This document shows positions 36,191-48,250 of a stretch of DNA of 64,000 nt, one piece after another. Origin of the DNA: Octopus sinensis (taxonomy: Eukaryota); the NCBI RefSeq assembly GCF_006345805.1, contig NC_043003.1, positions 108,562,001 through 108,626,000 of the forward strand, in the 5' to 3' direction. The first letter of the stretch is position 1; each line of letters begins with the position of its first letter. The position numbers and the translations under genes were made by a program. The notes beneath the pieces were generated by a model that did no database searches, was not told the DNA's origin, and saw only the letters and a list, made by a program, of their open reading frames with translations.

Positions 36191-37918
36191 TAGAAGTTTG
36201 TATTATAGAACCGGGGCTGGTCTCAAATAGATTGGTATCAAAAGATTCAAAGAAAAAATGAGAACACATTGGATAATGTTGTCCAAGATGCACTAGTACC
36301 TGGATACGATAAGACAGTTATGGCTGAATTATCTCTCATCAGATCTCTTCAATCAGAGTTAATCATTTCTAAACAACCACAGAAGTTATTTGAGTAACTT
36401 GGTCACACAATATCGTCCGTTATTCTAGGTAGTTGTATAAAAGAGATCTAGGCAACTAGAATACCAATTTTTCTCTTGGAGGATAACAAACTCTGAACAG
36501 TGGCACAATATACTAGTGAAAGCAGCATGGAAATTGTGAAGTGGATTTTGTTGACTTTTGGTGCCTCAAAGAACAACAATGACAAAAGTAACCTCAAGCA
36601 GAAACCAGGGCGCTTGAAAATGATTTCAGATTTAGATAACTTTAACTAACCTGGTGTATACCAGCTTCACCTGAACCAACATATCAGTCTCTACACCTGT
36701 CACCACCCATACTGCATCATAAACACTATAAACACAATCTCTACTATCAGAACATCAATCTTCTGGAATTCCAAATCCTACTAATGTTTTTCTTTTTATA
36801 TGTTCAAACTTAACATCAACAAAATTAAGAAGATAAACCTGCCTTGTTTTCCTCATTAATCCTTTTGTTATGTTTTTGTTGAAATACACTGGTTTTGTTT
36901 GAATTAATTTAAAAACTAATGAAAAATTTAGTAAAATAACTGTCATTATTCAGCTGGTGCTTGAGACGTAAATTATCGTGAAATTTTGATGGAAGGTTTT
37001 TAATTTAGATCACTTAAAAAGGAGAAGTTTGTATTGTGGAAACAGGGGTGGTTTCAGGCAGGTATCAAAAAAGGGTTAAGGCATTAGAAACGGCTGATGG
37101 TCATCAAGTCTACATAAACCTTCTTTGCTAGCATGAATAAAATAAATTAATTTAAATGATATGTTATAAATTGCATAAAAAATATATCATGTTTAAAAAT
37201 TGAGAAGCCAGAGAGATAAAAAGACTGAAATGTTATCTTTGGTGATTCAAGCAATATTTGGTCCCTAAACAATTACTTATTCTACTACTAAATAAACTAG
37301 TGCAGGAATGAAGAATGTAAATAAAACGACTTACGACTTGAACTTGTTTTAAGGAGTGTAACTTAGAAAACACTGGCTAACAATTATACTCAGTTATAAC
37401 AGCTGAAATTTTTTATATGTGGACTTACATTATCATTGCAAACACACCAATTAAGGAAAAGGATTTACAATTCTAATAATCAAATAACAACATTAAGATG
37501 GAATCTAACAAACACTTAAATATTGCGCAATTACATTTAAAGCTAGTGCCTCATAGTTGTTTAGGGTTCATACTGTTAACATTAATACCATGGACACAAG
37601 TAAGAAAATGTTGTCTTTGAATCGGAAAAAGTATCAATTCAAATAAATGAATTGATTGCGTATCTTACACAGGGTTTCCTTGGAGTGGATACTAAAAAGA
37701 TTTCCATCAAACCATTATATATTCTATTACACAAGATCAAATGGATTACTGTTCTTAAACCAAAAGAAAAAAACAACTATTTAAGACCGATAAGCTATTT
37801 TCATCTGTTTATAGCAAAACTTGCAGGCATAGTTGGAAATTGTCAGAAAAAAATTTATTTAGGGTACAGTGAACCATTTTGATGTGTTCCCCAAGTAAAT
37901 TCAGTTTTAGATTGGAAG

Positions 37919-37964
<46 letters not shown>

Positions 37965-38410
37965 AATGAAAAGAAGGCGACAAAGAAAATTTTTTAATTT
38001 TTTAACACAGCTTTAATTATAAGTTACAAAGGTTTCCTTACTATCTCCATTTGCAACACAAGTTTACATGAAAATTCAGAAGAAAAACCATGTAATATTT
38101 GTGCTTTTAGACATTGGAGAGGGGCTTCCTCAGACTTGCATCAAAGGCATGCTGTTACACTGCGTGTCTATCAGATGTTGTTAGGAATATATATATATAT
38201 ATTCCAGCAGAAACTCAGAAAATATGAGGAAATATTGGTGTCCCAATTTCTCCAGATTCAACATTCCCAATAATAGTGAACTTGGAGTCATTCAATTAAA
38301 AGACTAATTAAACTGACATGGCTGCTAGAAAACTGAAAGATCCTCATCTAAAATCAGCAGGTATGAATTGATTGGAAATCAAATAAACCAATTATTTTCT
38401 CAATACTTAC

Positions 38411-38512
38411 AAGACTAGATGTTGGCCCAGAAGCATTTGTGAATTTTGGATGACCTCGCTGGTCTCCCAGGGTTTGATAGCCAGGTCCCATGTCATTTAA
38501 AGGTATTGAATC
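38411..38512 (-). CDS. CTNND2: Penultimate coding exon of the same gene (102 nt, phase 0-0)
   Basis: Acceptor TTCTTGTCACAG, donor GTAAGT; DSIPLNDMGPGYQTLGDQRGHPKFTNASGPTSSL splices in frame to the terminal exon. Confidence 0.7.
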
Positions 38513-38662
38513 CTGTGACAAGAAGATGAATGAAATTAGCAATAGAAAGATTTTATGAATTTTGTCAGTCATTTGAATTCGTAAAAAAAATACAATTTGA
38601 TGTTCATAATATTTAAGTCAACTATTTTATTAAATAGGTGAGATTACAAAAAAAAAAACAAA

Positions 38663-38751
<89 letters not shown>

Positions 38752-39743
38752 CAAAAGTTATTGCATTTAAAAAAACAAAGGCTAGTTAAGAACTTTTGTA
38801 AGATATAATAGGAAATTTTAATTTTTGACAAAATAGGTTCTTTGTGAGTGTTCTCTTCTCTAAATTACACACACACACTATACATTCCTAAATATTAATT
38901 CAGTAGCTAAAGTACTTTCTTACCTAAAAAAAAAAAAAAAATGCAAAAAAGATAAGCTTTTAGCTACAACCCTACAGCAAAAAAGCATATATTACAATAA
39001 AACTACATTATCACTACTAAATTAATATTTACTGTCTTATTTCTTTTTTAAGTATCAAAGAAGAAAGCAGCAGTCAGTAATTGAAACTAGCTTTTCACTT
39101 TTTCTAAGATTCTAACAAACATTTAAAATTAATTAAGCTAATCACATCGGATATAAAACTCCTGATATGTTAATAGAGCATGGAAACAAAATCACTCAAA
39201 ATACTAAATATTTACCTTGTCTAGTCTTATTACAATTGATTAGCTCTTTTGATAACAACTCACCTGAGACCCCCCCCCCCAGTTCTATGATACAAACTTT
39301 CCGTTTTAAAGGGATCTAAATTCCAACTGCTTATCAAATTTTATTTCCATGTTAATCTATATTCGGAATCGGAATACCATCTTAATAATAACAAAGTTTG
39401 TTGACTAAATTCTTCATCAATTGCAAAATTAATTGAAACAAAGCTAGAGTCTTCCAGCAGAGCCAGGAAAAGTCAGCAGATGGTTTCTTTTTGGAAGGAG
39501 GGATTGCAATAAATAAAAAATAAATCCAAATTACTGTCTTTACTTTTCCAACCAAGCAATAGACAAACATTTTAAGCAGCAACACTATGGCTAATAGCTA
39601 AGAGAATTGAGCAGTTGTCAGTTCAGCCAACTTCATTTTGCTCTAATATTTTGTTTCAGTCACTTCATTTACCTTTTTCATACAAACCAACCTGATTAAA
39701 AACTTCTTTTTTTAAAGTGATCTAAATTAAAACTTCACCCAAC

Positions 39744-39900
39744 AGGTTTATGGTTGAACCTGAGACAGTGGAGACTTCTGGCCTTCTCAGCCCAGCTCAC
39801 TTTCACAACTGTGAGCCCCATGAATCAGAGTGGCTGCTGCAGTGCATCTCCCTTGCCATCATCTGGGGCAATGCATTTCCCATATTGTCTGCTGGGACCA
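39744..39900 (+). mobile_element. CRE-like non-LTR retrotransposon C-terminal fragment (restriction-like endonuclease end)
   Basis: Translates to ...TVETSGLLSP...ESEWLLQCISLAIIWGNAFPIL, resembling the VETxG...QRISxAIxRGNA terminus. Confidence 0.6.
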
Positions 39901-41869
39901 TGTGGTGAATTTAGAGACTTTAAGAATTTTGTGCTTACTCTATAGACAATAAACTTTGAATCCTTTATAAAAAAAAAAATTTTTTTTGCTCCAAACACCA
40001 GATTAATAATCATAGTTGCTTTACAAAATACTTCATAAGTTTTCAGATTGATTGAAAGAATTTCAACCAAAATATGACAACAAAATTCAGAAATAAACAA
40101 TTACTAAAATAACATTACTTCACTTGGTACGTAACTATTACATTTATGATCATCCTTTTAATAGTTTCTATTTTCAATCACGACACATTTTAGATTAGAC
40201 CTGATAAACAGTAATTCTATTCATCCAAGTCCTGTACTATCCTACTTGTATAAGACCTAATATTTTCAGATTTTAACATTTTCTGTGATATTGAAGGTAA
40301 AATATAAAAATAAATAGAACAAAAAAAAATTATTACTGAAACTGGAATTATTTACTCTTGTTTAAAAAGCTAACAGTGATAAAAATATTTACAGTTTATC
40401 TTCTAATAAAGGTTTATTACAGGATACAATCATGTTTCACATTAAGTAGTTTCAGAATATTCCTAACTGAACATCATGCAATTAATTAGAAATTAATAGT
40501 TGTAGTAGTAATAATAACAAAAACAATAATAATAACAATAATACAAAGAAAAAGAGAAAATTAACAGGCACCATTTTTTTTATTTTCACAAATACAGGAA
40601 TTCAACAACCATTCCTAAGCCATGCGTTGTTTTCTCAAAACTCATTTCAAACAAGCTTAAAGCACATCAAGATTGGAATCTGTTGAATTTTGAAATTAAA
40701 CAAGTGCAACTTTTGTTTGGTTGATTGGTGGGTGTGCATGAGTGTGTGTTTAGGTTTTAATTAATCCTATTTTCAGTTGCTACTGAGGTTAACAAGCCAA
40801 GCGTGCATCAGATTCTTCCCACCCCTTTTTTTTTGCTTTATTCCTAGCTGAAGCCATGTCACACCTACTGTGTAACCTGAACCCTATTGGTAAAAACATT
40901 GCTAAACATGAGACCTTTAGTTCAAACAGAACTTGAAACATGAGTATATATACTTTTGCCTCAGGGGCTGAGTTTTGTGCACTGGCACTTAGCAATGCAT
41001 GAAACTATCAGCCCTTGAGTCACTCTGTAACTTCAGTTGATTATCAATAACAAAAACGTGCGCACACATAAACATCAGCAATTTCCAATTCCTTATATTT
41101 CTATTTTGAGAGAGAATTGATGGAACGCAGAGAAGAAGGACTTTAAAATATGATGTTTGATAGAAATCTGAATAGAATTGCATGTAATATTAAGAGCTTA
41201 TATTTTCCTGATAAGGTAACCGTAAGATTCTTATATCACATGTATTATCAACAGAGGTGGTATTAATACTGAGGTAATATTTATCTTTACTGAATATGAG
41301 TTTCTCTCATGGGAACTACTGCGGTATAGTTAATTCTATGTTTAAGAGGGGATAAATTCTTATATAAAAAAAAACAGATTGAAAACAAATTGCAACCTTT
41401 TGGTACCAAATAGTTTAATTCCTACCCATGACACTGTGTCCAGAAAAGTCTTCAGTTTCAGCAAGACGTGTGTACACAGATTTTTATTCTCCAAACTCTA
41501 TTAATGAATAAAGAACTTGTTTGCTCTGCAAAACAAAAATTCTTATCACAAATTTTGTGTCAAAATGTAAAGATTTAGACATAGTTCTTTGCACTCCTAT
41601 TTCAATCTGCTCTCACATTGTACGTGTAGAGATACTTATATGCACTTTAGAGACATGACTGGTGAACCCCTGGTCCAGTTGCAGGGTAAAAGAGAAAAAT
41701 CTGAAGTACATGCAAATAAATGAATGTCAAATTCTTTCCTTGCAAAGCTGGTAATCTCAGAGATAAATATTCTTTGCCAGGTTCAGTGTTTGAGAGGAAG
41801 AGAACTTGGAATACTGATAAAAAGGGACAAAAGCAATACTAGGAAGCAACTTAACAACTAAGTACACCA

Positions 41870-42142
41870 TATACCTTTCTTGTAGTTTTAAGATTAAAGG
41901 TAACCTTCTTGAGTCATGCTGACTCATCAGGGTTGCTTTCCTGGCTTCCATGGCGTATAAATTCCCAACTTGGACAGGACACTGGTCTGTCACAGGATTA
42001 CTCACTTTTGCCAGCTGAGTGGACTGGAGCAACATGAAAGGAAGTGTGTTGCTCAAGAACACAACACATCGCCCAGTCTAGGAATTGAAATCACAATCTT
42101 ATGACCAGGAGTCCAACAGCCCAACCACTAAGCTATGCGCCT
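41870..42142 (-). mobile_element. tRNA-derived SINE (third family)
   Basis: Minus strand GGCGCATAGCTTAGTGG (A box)...TTCAATTCC (B box)...GTGTTCTTGAGCAACACACT. Confidence 0.7.
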
Positions 42143-42661
42143 TTAAGATTAGGTTCAAAGTGCAAATCCATGATGGGGCTAACTGTAAAATGTGACAGTT
42201 CTATCAACAATATGAAGCCAAAAAGAGCAGAGCAGTAAACAACAACATATAAAAAGTCCAAAAGATGGAATCGTTAACCATGTAATCTCAAGAAACGCTT
42301 GAAGACCAGTCTACCTCATTTTCCCCATTCAGTGTATTTAAACCAGAGTTTTCCAAACTTTTCACTGATGGGGAAAAGTTAAAACAGATTCCATATTTTA
42401 AGGAACATTTATATAAAAATTACTTAACTTTATTAAAGAGAAAGAAAAAATTTAATAAAGTTAAATTTCACAAATGTTTCCAAAAAGTTTAAGACATTTC
42501 ATCTTAAACCAAGACGTTGTTACTACCAAATTCGCCTACAATTCCATTGTACAGCAGTTTTCATGTTGAGTTTCGCAAACCATTTGCCTGCCCAAAGCTT
42601 TTCTGAAGTTTGTCCTGAACGCCCATACATGGTTTCATATGATTTGAGTAATATAATGCTT

Positions 42662-43074
42662 GGATCTTTTCGGTTTGAACGGCAGTTTTTAACATAATTT
42701 CAAGGTAACTGAAAAATTTTAAACTTCATATACTGGTAGAATGTGTTTATAAAACATCATTTTCTCTTGGCTTTATTGAGAAAATTCTATAGCTTGTAAG
42801 ATATTTGTTGTTTTTTTTTCTTCAATTTCTGCAATTTCAACCAATCAATTACGTCTATTAAGGTAAAAAGCATTTTGTGCCGTATGAATATGTCCCTCGT
42901 TTAAGAAACAGATTGGGTTTATTTACATTTGTGAAGAAAAAAAGATACCCTTCCCCCCACCCTAACCCTAAAACAGATTGAAATGCAATAGATCGATACT
43001 AAGGTCATAATTATGGGTGACAATTTCATATGACACCGCTAAAAAAAAAACTGCCGTTCAAACCGAAAAGATCC
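42662..43074. mobile_element. 413-bp MITE with 29-bp perfect TIRs and 8-bp TSD (Merlin-like)
   Basis: TIR GGATCTTTTCGGTTTGAACGGCAGTTTTT; TSD TAATGCTT at 42654-42661 and 43075-43082. Confidence 0.9.
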
Positions 43075-43424
43075 TAATGCTTTCCTTTCATAAGTCCTAT
43101 GTTACTGTGGAGGTTAAAAAACCCCAACAAAACTGAGAATGTGTATCATATGTGAAATAGAAACCAGAGAGGTGTGCCCTGCATGACACGTTATACACGG
43201 GACAGATGCCAAGATTACCCTACCTCAAGGATTATGTTGGACGTGAAAACTAACATAACGGAGGCTGAAAATTAAAAAGGAATTTCCTTATAATTAGCCC
43301 ATTGATCACTATCGCTGAGCTTTGATTGGGATACGCTGTGATTTGAGGGAGAAGTGGCGGCTATTTCGTGACAACGTCGAAACTCTCAAATGTAAAGTAA
43401 ATTCTTCTAGGTTATATTGAATTT

Positions 43425-43798
43425 ACTTTACTCTTTTACTTGTTTCAGTCATTTGACTGCGGCCATGCTGGAGCACTGCCTTTAATCGAGCAATTCGATC
43501 CTGGGACTTATTCTTTTGTAAGCCCAGTACTTATTCTATCGGTCTCTTTTGCCGAACCGCTAAGTAACGGGGACATAAACACACCAGCATCGGTTGTCAA
43601 GCAATGCTAGGGGACAAACACAGACACACAAACACTCATATATATATATATATACATATATACGACGGGCTTCTTTCAGTTTCCGTCTACCCAATCCACT
43701 CACAGGGCTTTGGTCGGCCCGAGGCTATAGTAGAAGACACTTGCCCAAGGTGAACCCGGAACTATGTGGTTGGTAAACAAGCTACTTACCACACAGCC
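43425..43798 (-). mobile_element. CORE-type SINE, near full length
   Basis: Highly similar to 15735-16120. Confidence 0.85.
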
Positions 43799-46700
43799 AA
43801 CAAATAATATTTATAAAAGTAGATCATCTGAAAAAGATCGACGTGAAGCGAACCTGCTGAAGGTTGTCAAGAGAGACAACTTTACAATTAAGCTAGTCAA
43901 ACAGAAGTTACGTCCCTTAACTGCTGCAGTCAAAAGAATCCGTTTTTTTTAGCCGTGAAATTTGGATACAAATCAATTAAAGAAAAAAAAAATCCTTAAA
44001 AACAACGTATATGTAATGAGAGACAATTACATTAATGTATTTCCCCAAATCTAATGACGAAGAAAAAAATAGATTATAACAAAAAAACATTCGACTTCGA
44101 AACCATTCTTGGTTTTATCTCTTTTTTTTTTCTTTCAAAGACAATTTTGAATCAGAGGAATATTATTATTCCTGGCATCCGTCTCGGTTTACCCTTAGGA
44201 CTTATTTTATTGATGGTGGAGGAACGAAGCAGAATTTGAACTCAGAAGAGACAAATACTTCCAACGTATTAGTTTAAACGTTGAGAGTAACGAGGTCGCG
44301 GTTCGAGCACCGAAGACGTGGACACCATGGAACCAATTAGAAATATTTTAATGAAATTAGGAGTCTTCGTGTGTTTTTTAATGGCTACCCCGTCTCTTCC
44401 ATGCTGTAATCGTTTTAGTTGCAAAGCAAATTATTTGATCTGAGACCATGCTTTGCAAGTACACTTCTGCAATATTCCTTGAGGCGAAAGTAAAGAATAT
44501 GTACCCCCGGTGTTTAGGGGGTTAGGGTTTTTGTTACGCCGAAAACGGGTGGTGTACGTATTCTTTACCTCCGCCTTCCTTAATATAGTAATGGAACCTT
44601 GAATTACTTGAGGAGCAAAACGAAATTGCAATGATTATACTCTATTTATGAAACTAAAATGCTATAATCGTTTTATACAGGCTCAATCCACCACTGTCTG
44701 TAAATGGTATTATACAAATTTAGTTCACCAATTTCTCTGCTTAAACAGTTACAATACAGACTTAGATCACCGATACTTCTATTCTAGGGAGTTTATTAAT
44801 ACCTCTGATATTAAATCACAAGACCAGCAATTTTAGGGGAGGGAAGAGGTTGATTATGTCAACCCCAGTGCCAAACTGGTACTTATTTTACCACCTCAGC
44901 AAGAATGAAAGACAAAGTCAATCTCAGCTGCTGAGTTTTGTCTGGCATGCTAACAATTCTGCCAGCTTGCTGCCATAAGCTTACCATTAATAACAACGTT
45001 CTCTTTGGCACTACACCACATATTTTTGAGGCATTGGTATAGCTGAAGGAATTATCCATAGTATATTAGCAATACTTATTTCATAGAAGGTTTTGCGTTC
45101 AGAATACAACTTAATCGCACAGGCTACAATTTAGCCAGACACTCTACAAATTACGGAATTCTACAGCCCCGATTTGTTTACAGACATAACTAGAGACTAA
45201 TACAGGTGTAATGGACGACAATATGGAAAATTAGTACCTACCTAATGGTGCTAAAGCTACATGAAAGAATTCAGTGAAGTGGCAACAAGTAAGCATTGCA
45301 ACCTACCATTCGTTCTATATCCTCCTCCTCCTCATTATCATCCTTTAACGTCCGTTTTTCATGCTGGCCTGGGTTGGACAGTTTGTCTAGAGCTGCACCA
45401 GGCTCCAGTCTGATTTGGCTAGGTTTCCATGGCTGGATGCCTTTCCTATTGCCAGACACTTGACAGTGTGTGCTAGGTACTCAATGATTACAAGTACAGT
45501 GATTTTTATTTCTTTTTCAATAAAAAATTTTCTTAATAGATAGAAGACAGACAGAATGCTGTGACATTCATGCCTTGTAGGAGCATCAATGAAATAGAAT
45601 AGTTTCAATGAGAGCTGAAAACCTACCGTAACTATATTGTTGCCCTGAATACCAGCAGTTTATTTCTTTTCCCTACATTATTTGCCACAAACAATATCAA
45701 TGGCAACATCAATTATAATAAATTTCGTTTAAGCACTTTGCAAAGCAAATAATCAAATTTTTGATTAAGCTGCAAAAATCACCAGAGACATGAAGAAAAG
45801 GATGATACGATTTATGGTTGTAGAAGTTTCCTCACTCAACTAAAACAAAAATTTTAGATATTTTAGTCGAAACTTAGTCAATTTCGTTTTTTTTTTTCAA
45901 AACAGAACCAAACCTGTAGCACTACTGGGAAATTTCTATAAACATTATATCTTGTTGATATATAAATTAAAGAGATTCCCAGAATGTTCATGAAAAACCA
46001 TTTTTTTTCCTTGGTTAAGTATGAATAGTTAGGGCAGAAACAATTAGTGCAAAGCTAATTGTTAACTTTTTCTAATGAGTTCCTTTTGTTATCAATAAAA
46101 TCCATTAGTGACAGCCGAGGGCTTTTTTTCTCCCCTCCAGAGATTACAGAGAAGAGACAAATCATAGAATAAACCTGTTAACATTAAGTATCGGTACACA
46201 CACACAGTTTGGTAACTGTAAAAATGACAAGTGAATTTTTTATCTTGTTTATGGTGGAAAAACAAATTTAGCGTGGAAAAAGGTAGCATATGAGAGACAT
46301 GATTAAAAGGTAGGAAGAGAAGAATGAAAACAAGATGAAGAGAACTCATGGGGGTGGGGTGTAAGGAAATAAGAGAAACAAAGAAAGATGGGAAGAGGAC
46401 AAAAAAACCCAGAGAGAATATGAGTGAGAGGAAGAGAATATGGCTAATAGAAAGAGAGAACTTCGAACAAAGATAGCAAGCAATGGTAGAAAAGTAGAGG
46501 GGGAAAAATGAGAAGGAAAAGAAATGAAAAGATGTAATAATGAATAAAGCAAAGTGTGATGAGCAGTGGCTCGACCAATAAGAATGTCATAACAATGTGT
46601 TGAAGAATTCTAATTCAAATAAAACACTTCAAATATTGAGAGCAAAATAAATATAAATACAACCAAACTATATCACATTATTTCTTCCATTAAAATGTTC

Positions 46701-48044
46701 AATACAATCCAATGATATTTCTACCTTAACAAAAAAAAAAAAAAAAAAAAAAATTGCAGCAAAGCCACATGATAGTGGTGTCAAGTGTGGCTTGCAGACC
46801 ATCACATGATTTTATTCTTCCTTTCTGTTTTATGAATTCAGTGAGTAGATGCACATTGCATGTTCATACTTCTCTTTCCGGTTTCTACTCAAAAACTGTT
46901 TACAGATCACAACCATCTTATGAGTCTGCATTTGTGAGATGCACTTTGTGTGTCAATGGTTGTGGGGAAAAAAAATCACTATATTAATGGAAAAGAAGAT
47001 AGTTGTAAAAGTTTAAAAAGACAATAAAAGAACATGTGGTGTATTGCTGGTAGTCAACTACCCTAGAGGAGACCATCCCTTCTAAGATTAAGTTAAGTTG
47101 AGGTAGGTCTGAAAGTTAGAAATTTACATCAAAGAGTAAAGAATGTGTACATAGTTTATCCATTAATTTTCTTTTTCTTCAACACATTATAAAAGTTTTA
47201 AAGTTTCTAGTTGTTGGCAGTACTATTTCATCCTTCTTTGCAATCATCAGCATAGAATAATTTGAGACAAATAAATGAAGCTAAATTAAACAATGAGAGA
47301 ACTGTTGAAACAAAATTGTCAGCAGCCTTCAGAAACTGATCCACCTAATGTATTCACTTATTGTATTTTATCAACAGCAATAACAATAATTGAAACTGAA
47401 TTAGACTAAAGTAATTTACAGCAATGTTTAATCAGTTTTCAAATGGGGGGTGGGGGGGAAGGAAAACAAAAAAATTCCTTGAAGAGTGTAAAATACTTAT
47501 TATAAGGGCCTTTTCTCTAATCCTCTTATGTATTTCTTTTTGTTTTATTTTGTTTGTTTAGTTCACACACCAACTTGAAATATATGAAATAGAAGCATTT
47601 ATTTTTTTTCCTTTTCCAATGCAAAATATATCAAAGCTAAAAGACAATAACAGTTTTACATTTTATCTGCAACAGTATTAGTACAGTAACAAAACCCAAC
47701 TACACTGCCACATCAAATGAAAATACACATAGATGGAGGTTAAATAGTTGTTAAAAGAAAAGGTTGTTTTCTATGATGTATACTGAAGAGTTTTATGCAG
47801 TAAACCAGCCAGTCAATATGATTGTCTACGTGGCCACTTATCTCATAATGTTCAGTGTGGACATTGAAATGGTTTATGTATGTCTTTCATTACAGATGAG
47901 AAAAGTATGTGTATTAACTTGTAAACCATGATAATAAATATAACTCCCTCTCTCTCTTTGCGTATGCGTATCTCTTTTGATTTTATAAGGGAGAGATTAT
48001 AATTCATAAACCTAATCTTGAATATATTACAACTACTTATTTCT

Positions 48045-48250
48045 ATCATATCTCATCTTAGCCCACTTAATCCTGAGAGGATTGTAGGGGCAGAGTCCTC
48101 ACGCACAGCTTCGTTCAGGTCCTGTCAGAAGCAACAGTCTCCAATTGATCTGGCTGGATTGGATGCCCGTATCTGTGGTCTACTCCTGGGTCTCCTGCAG
48201 GTTGGTTTTGTCCATAAAAAGACCATCACAGCAGAATTCCTCAACACTTA
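48045..48250 (-). mobile_element. RTE-like LINE 3' fragment
   Basis: Degenerate RRPRSRPQIR motif on the minus strand, followed by a TAAGATGAGA-type tail. Confidence 0.45.

Noticed and set aside
37328-37410. Extra minus-strand exon between the two catenin-like exons
   Set aside because: Acceptor and GTAAGT donor are present but all three frames contain stops.
44265-44330. tRNA-like GGTTCGAG segment
   Set aside because: No closable cloverleaf; at most a decayed SINE head.
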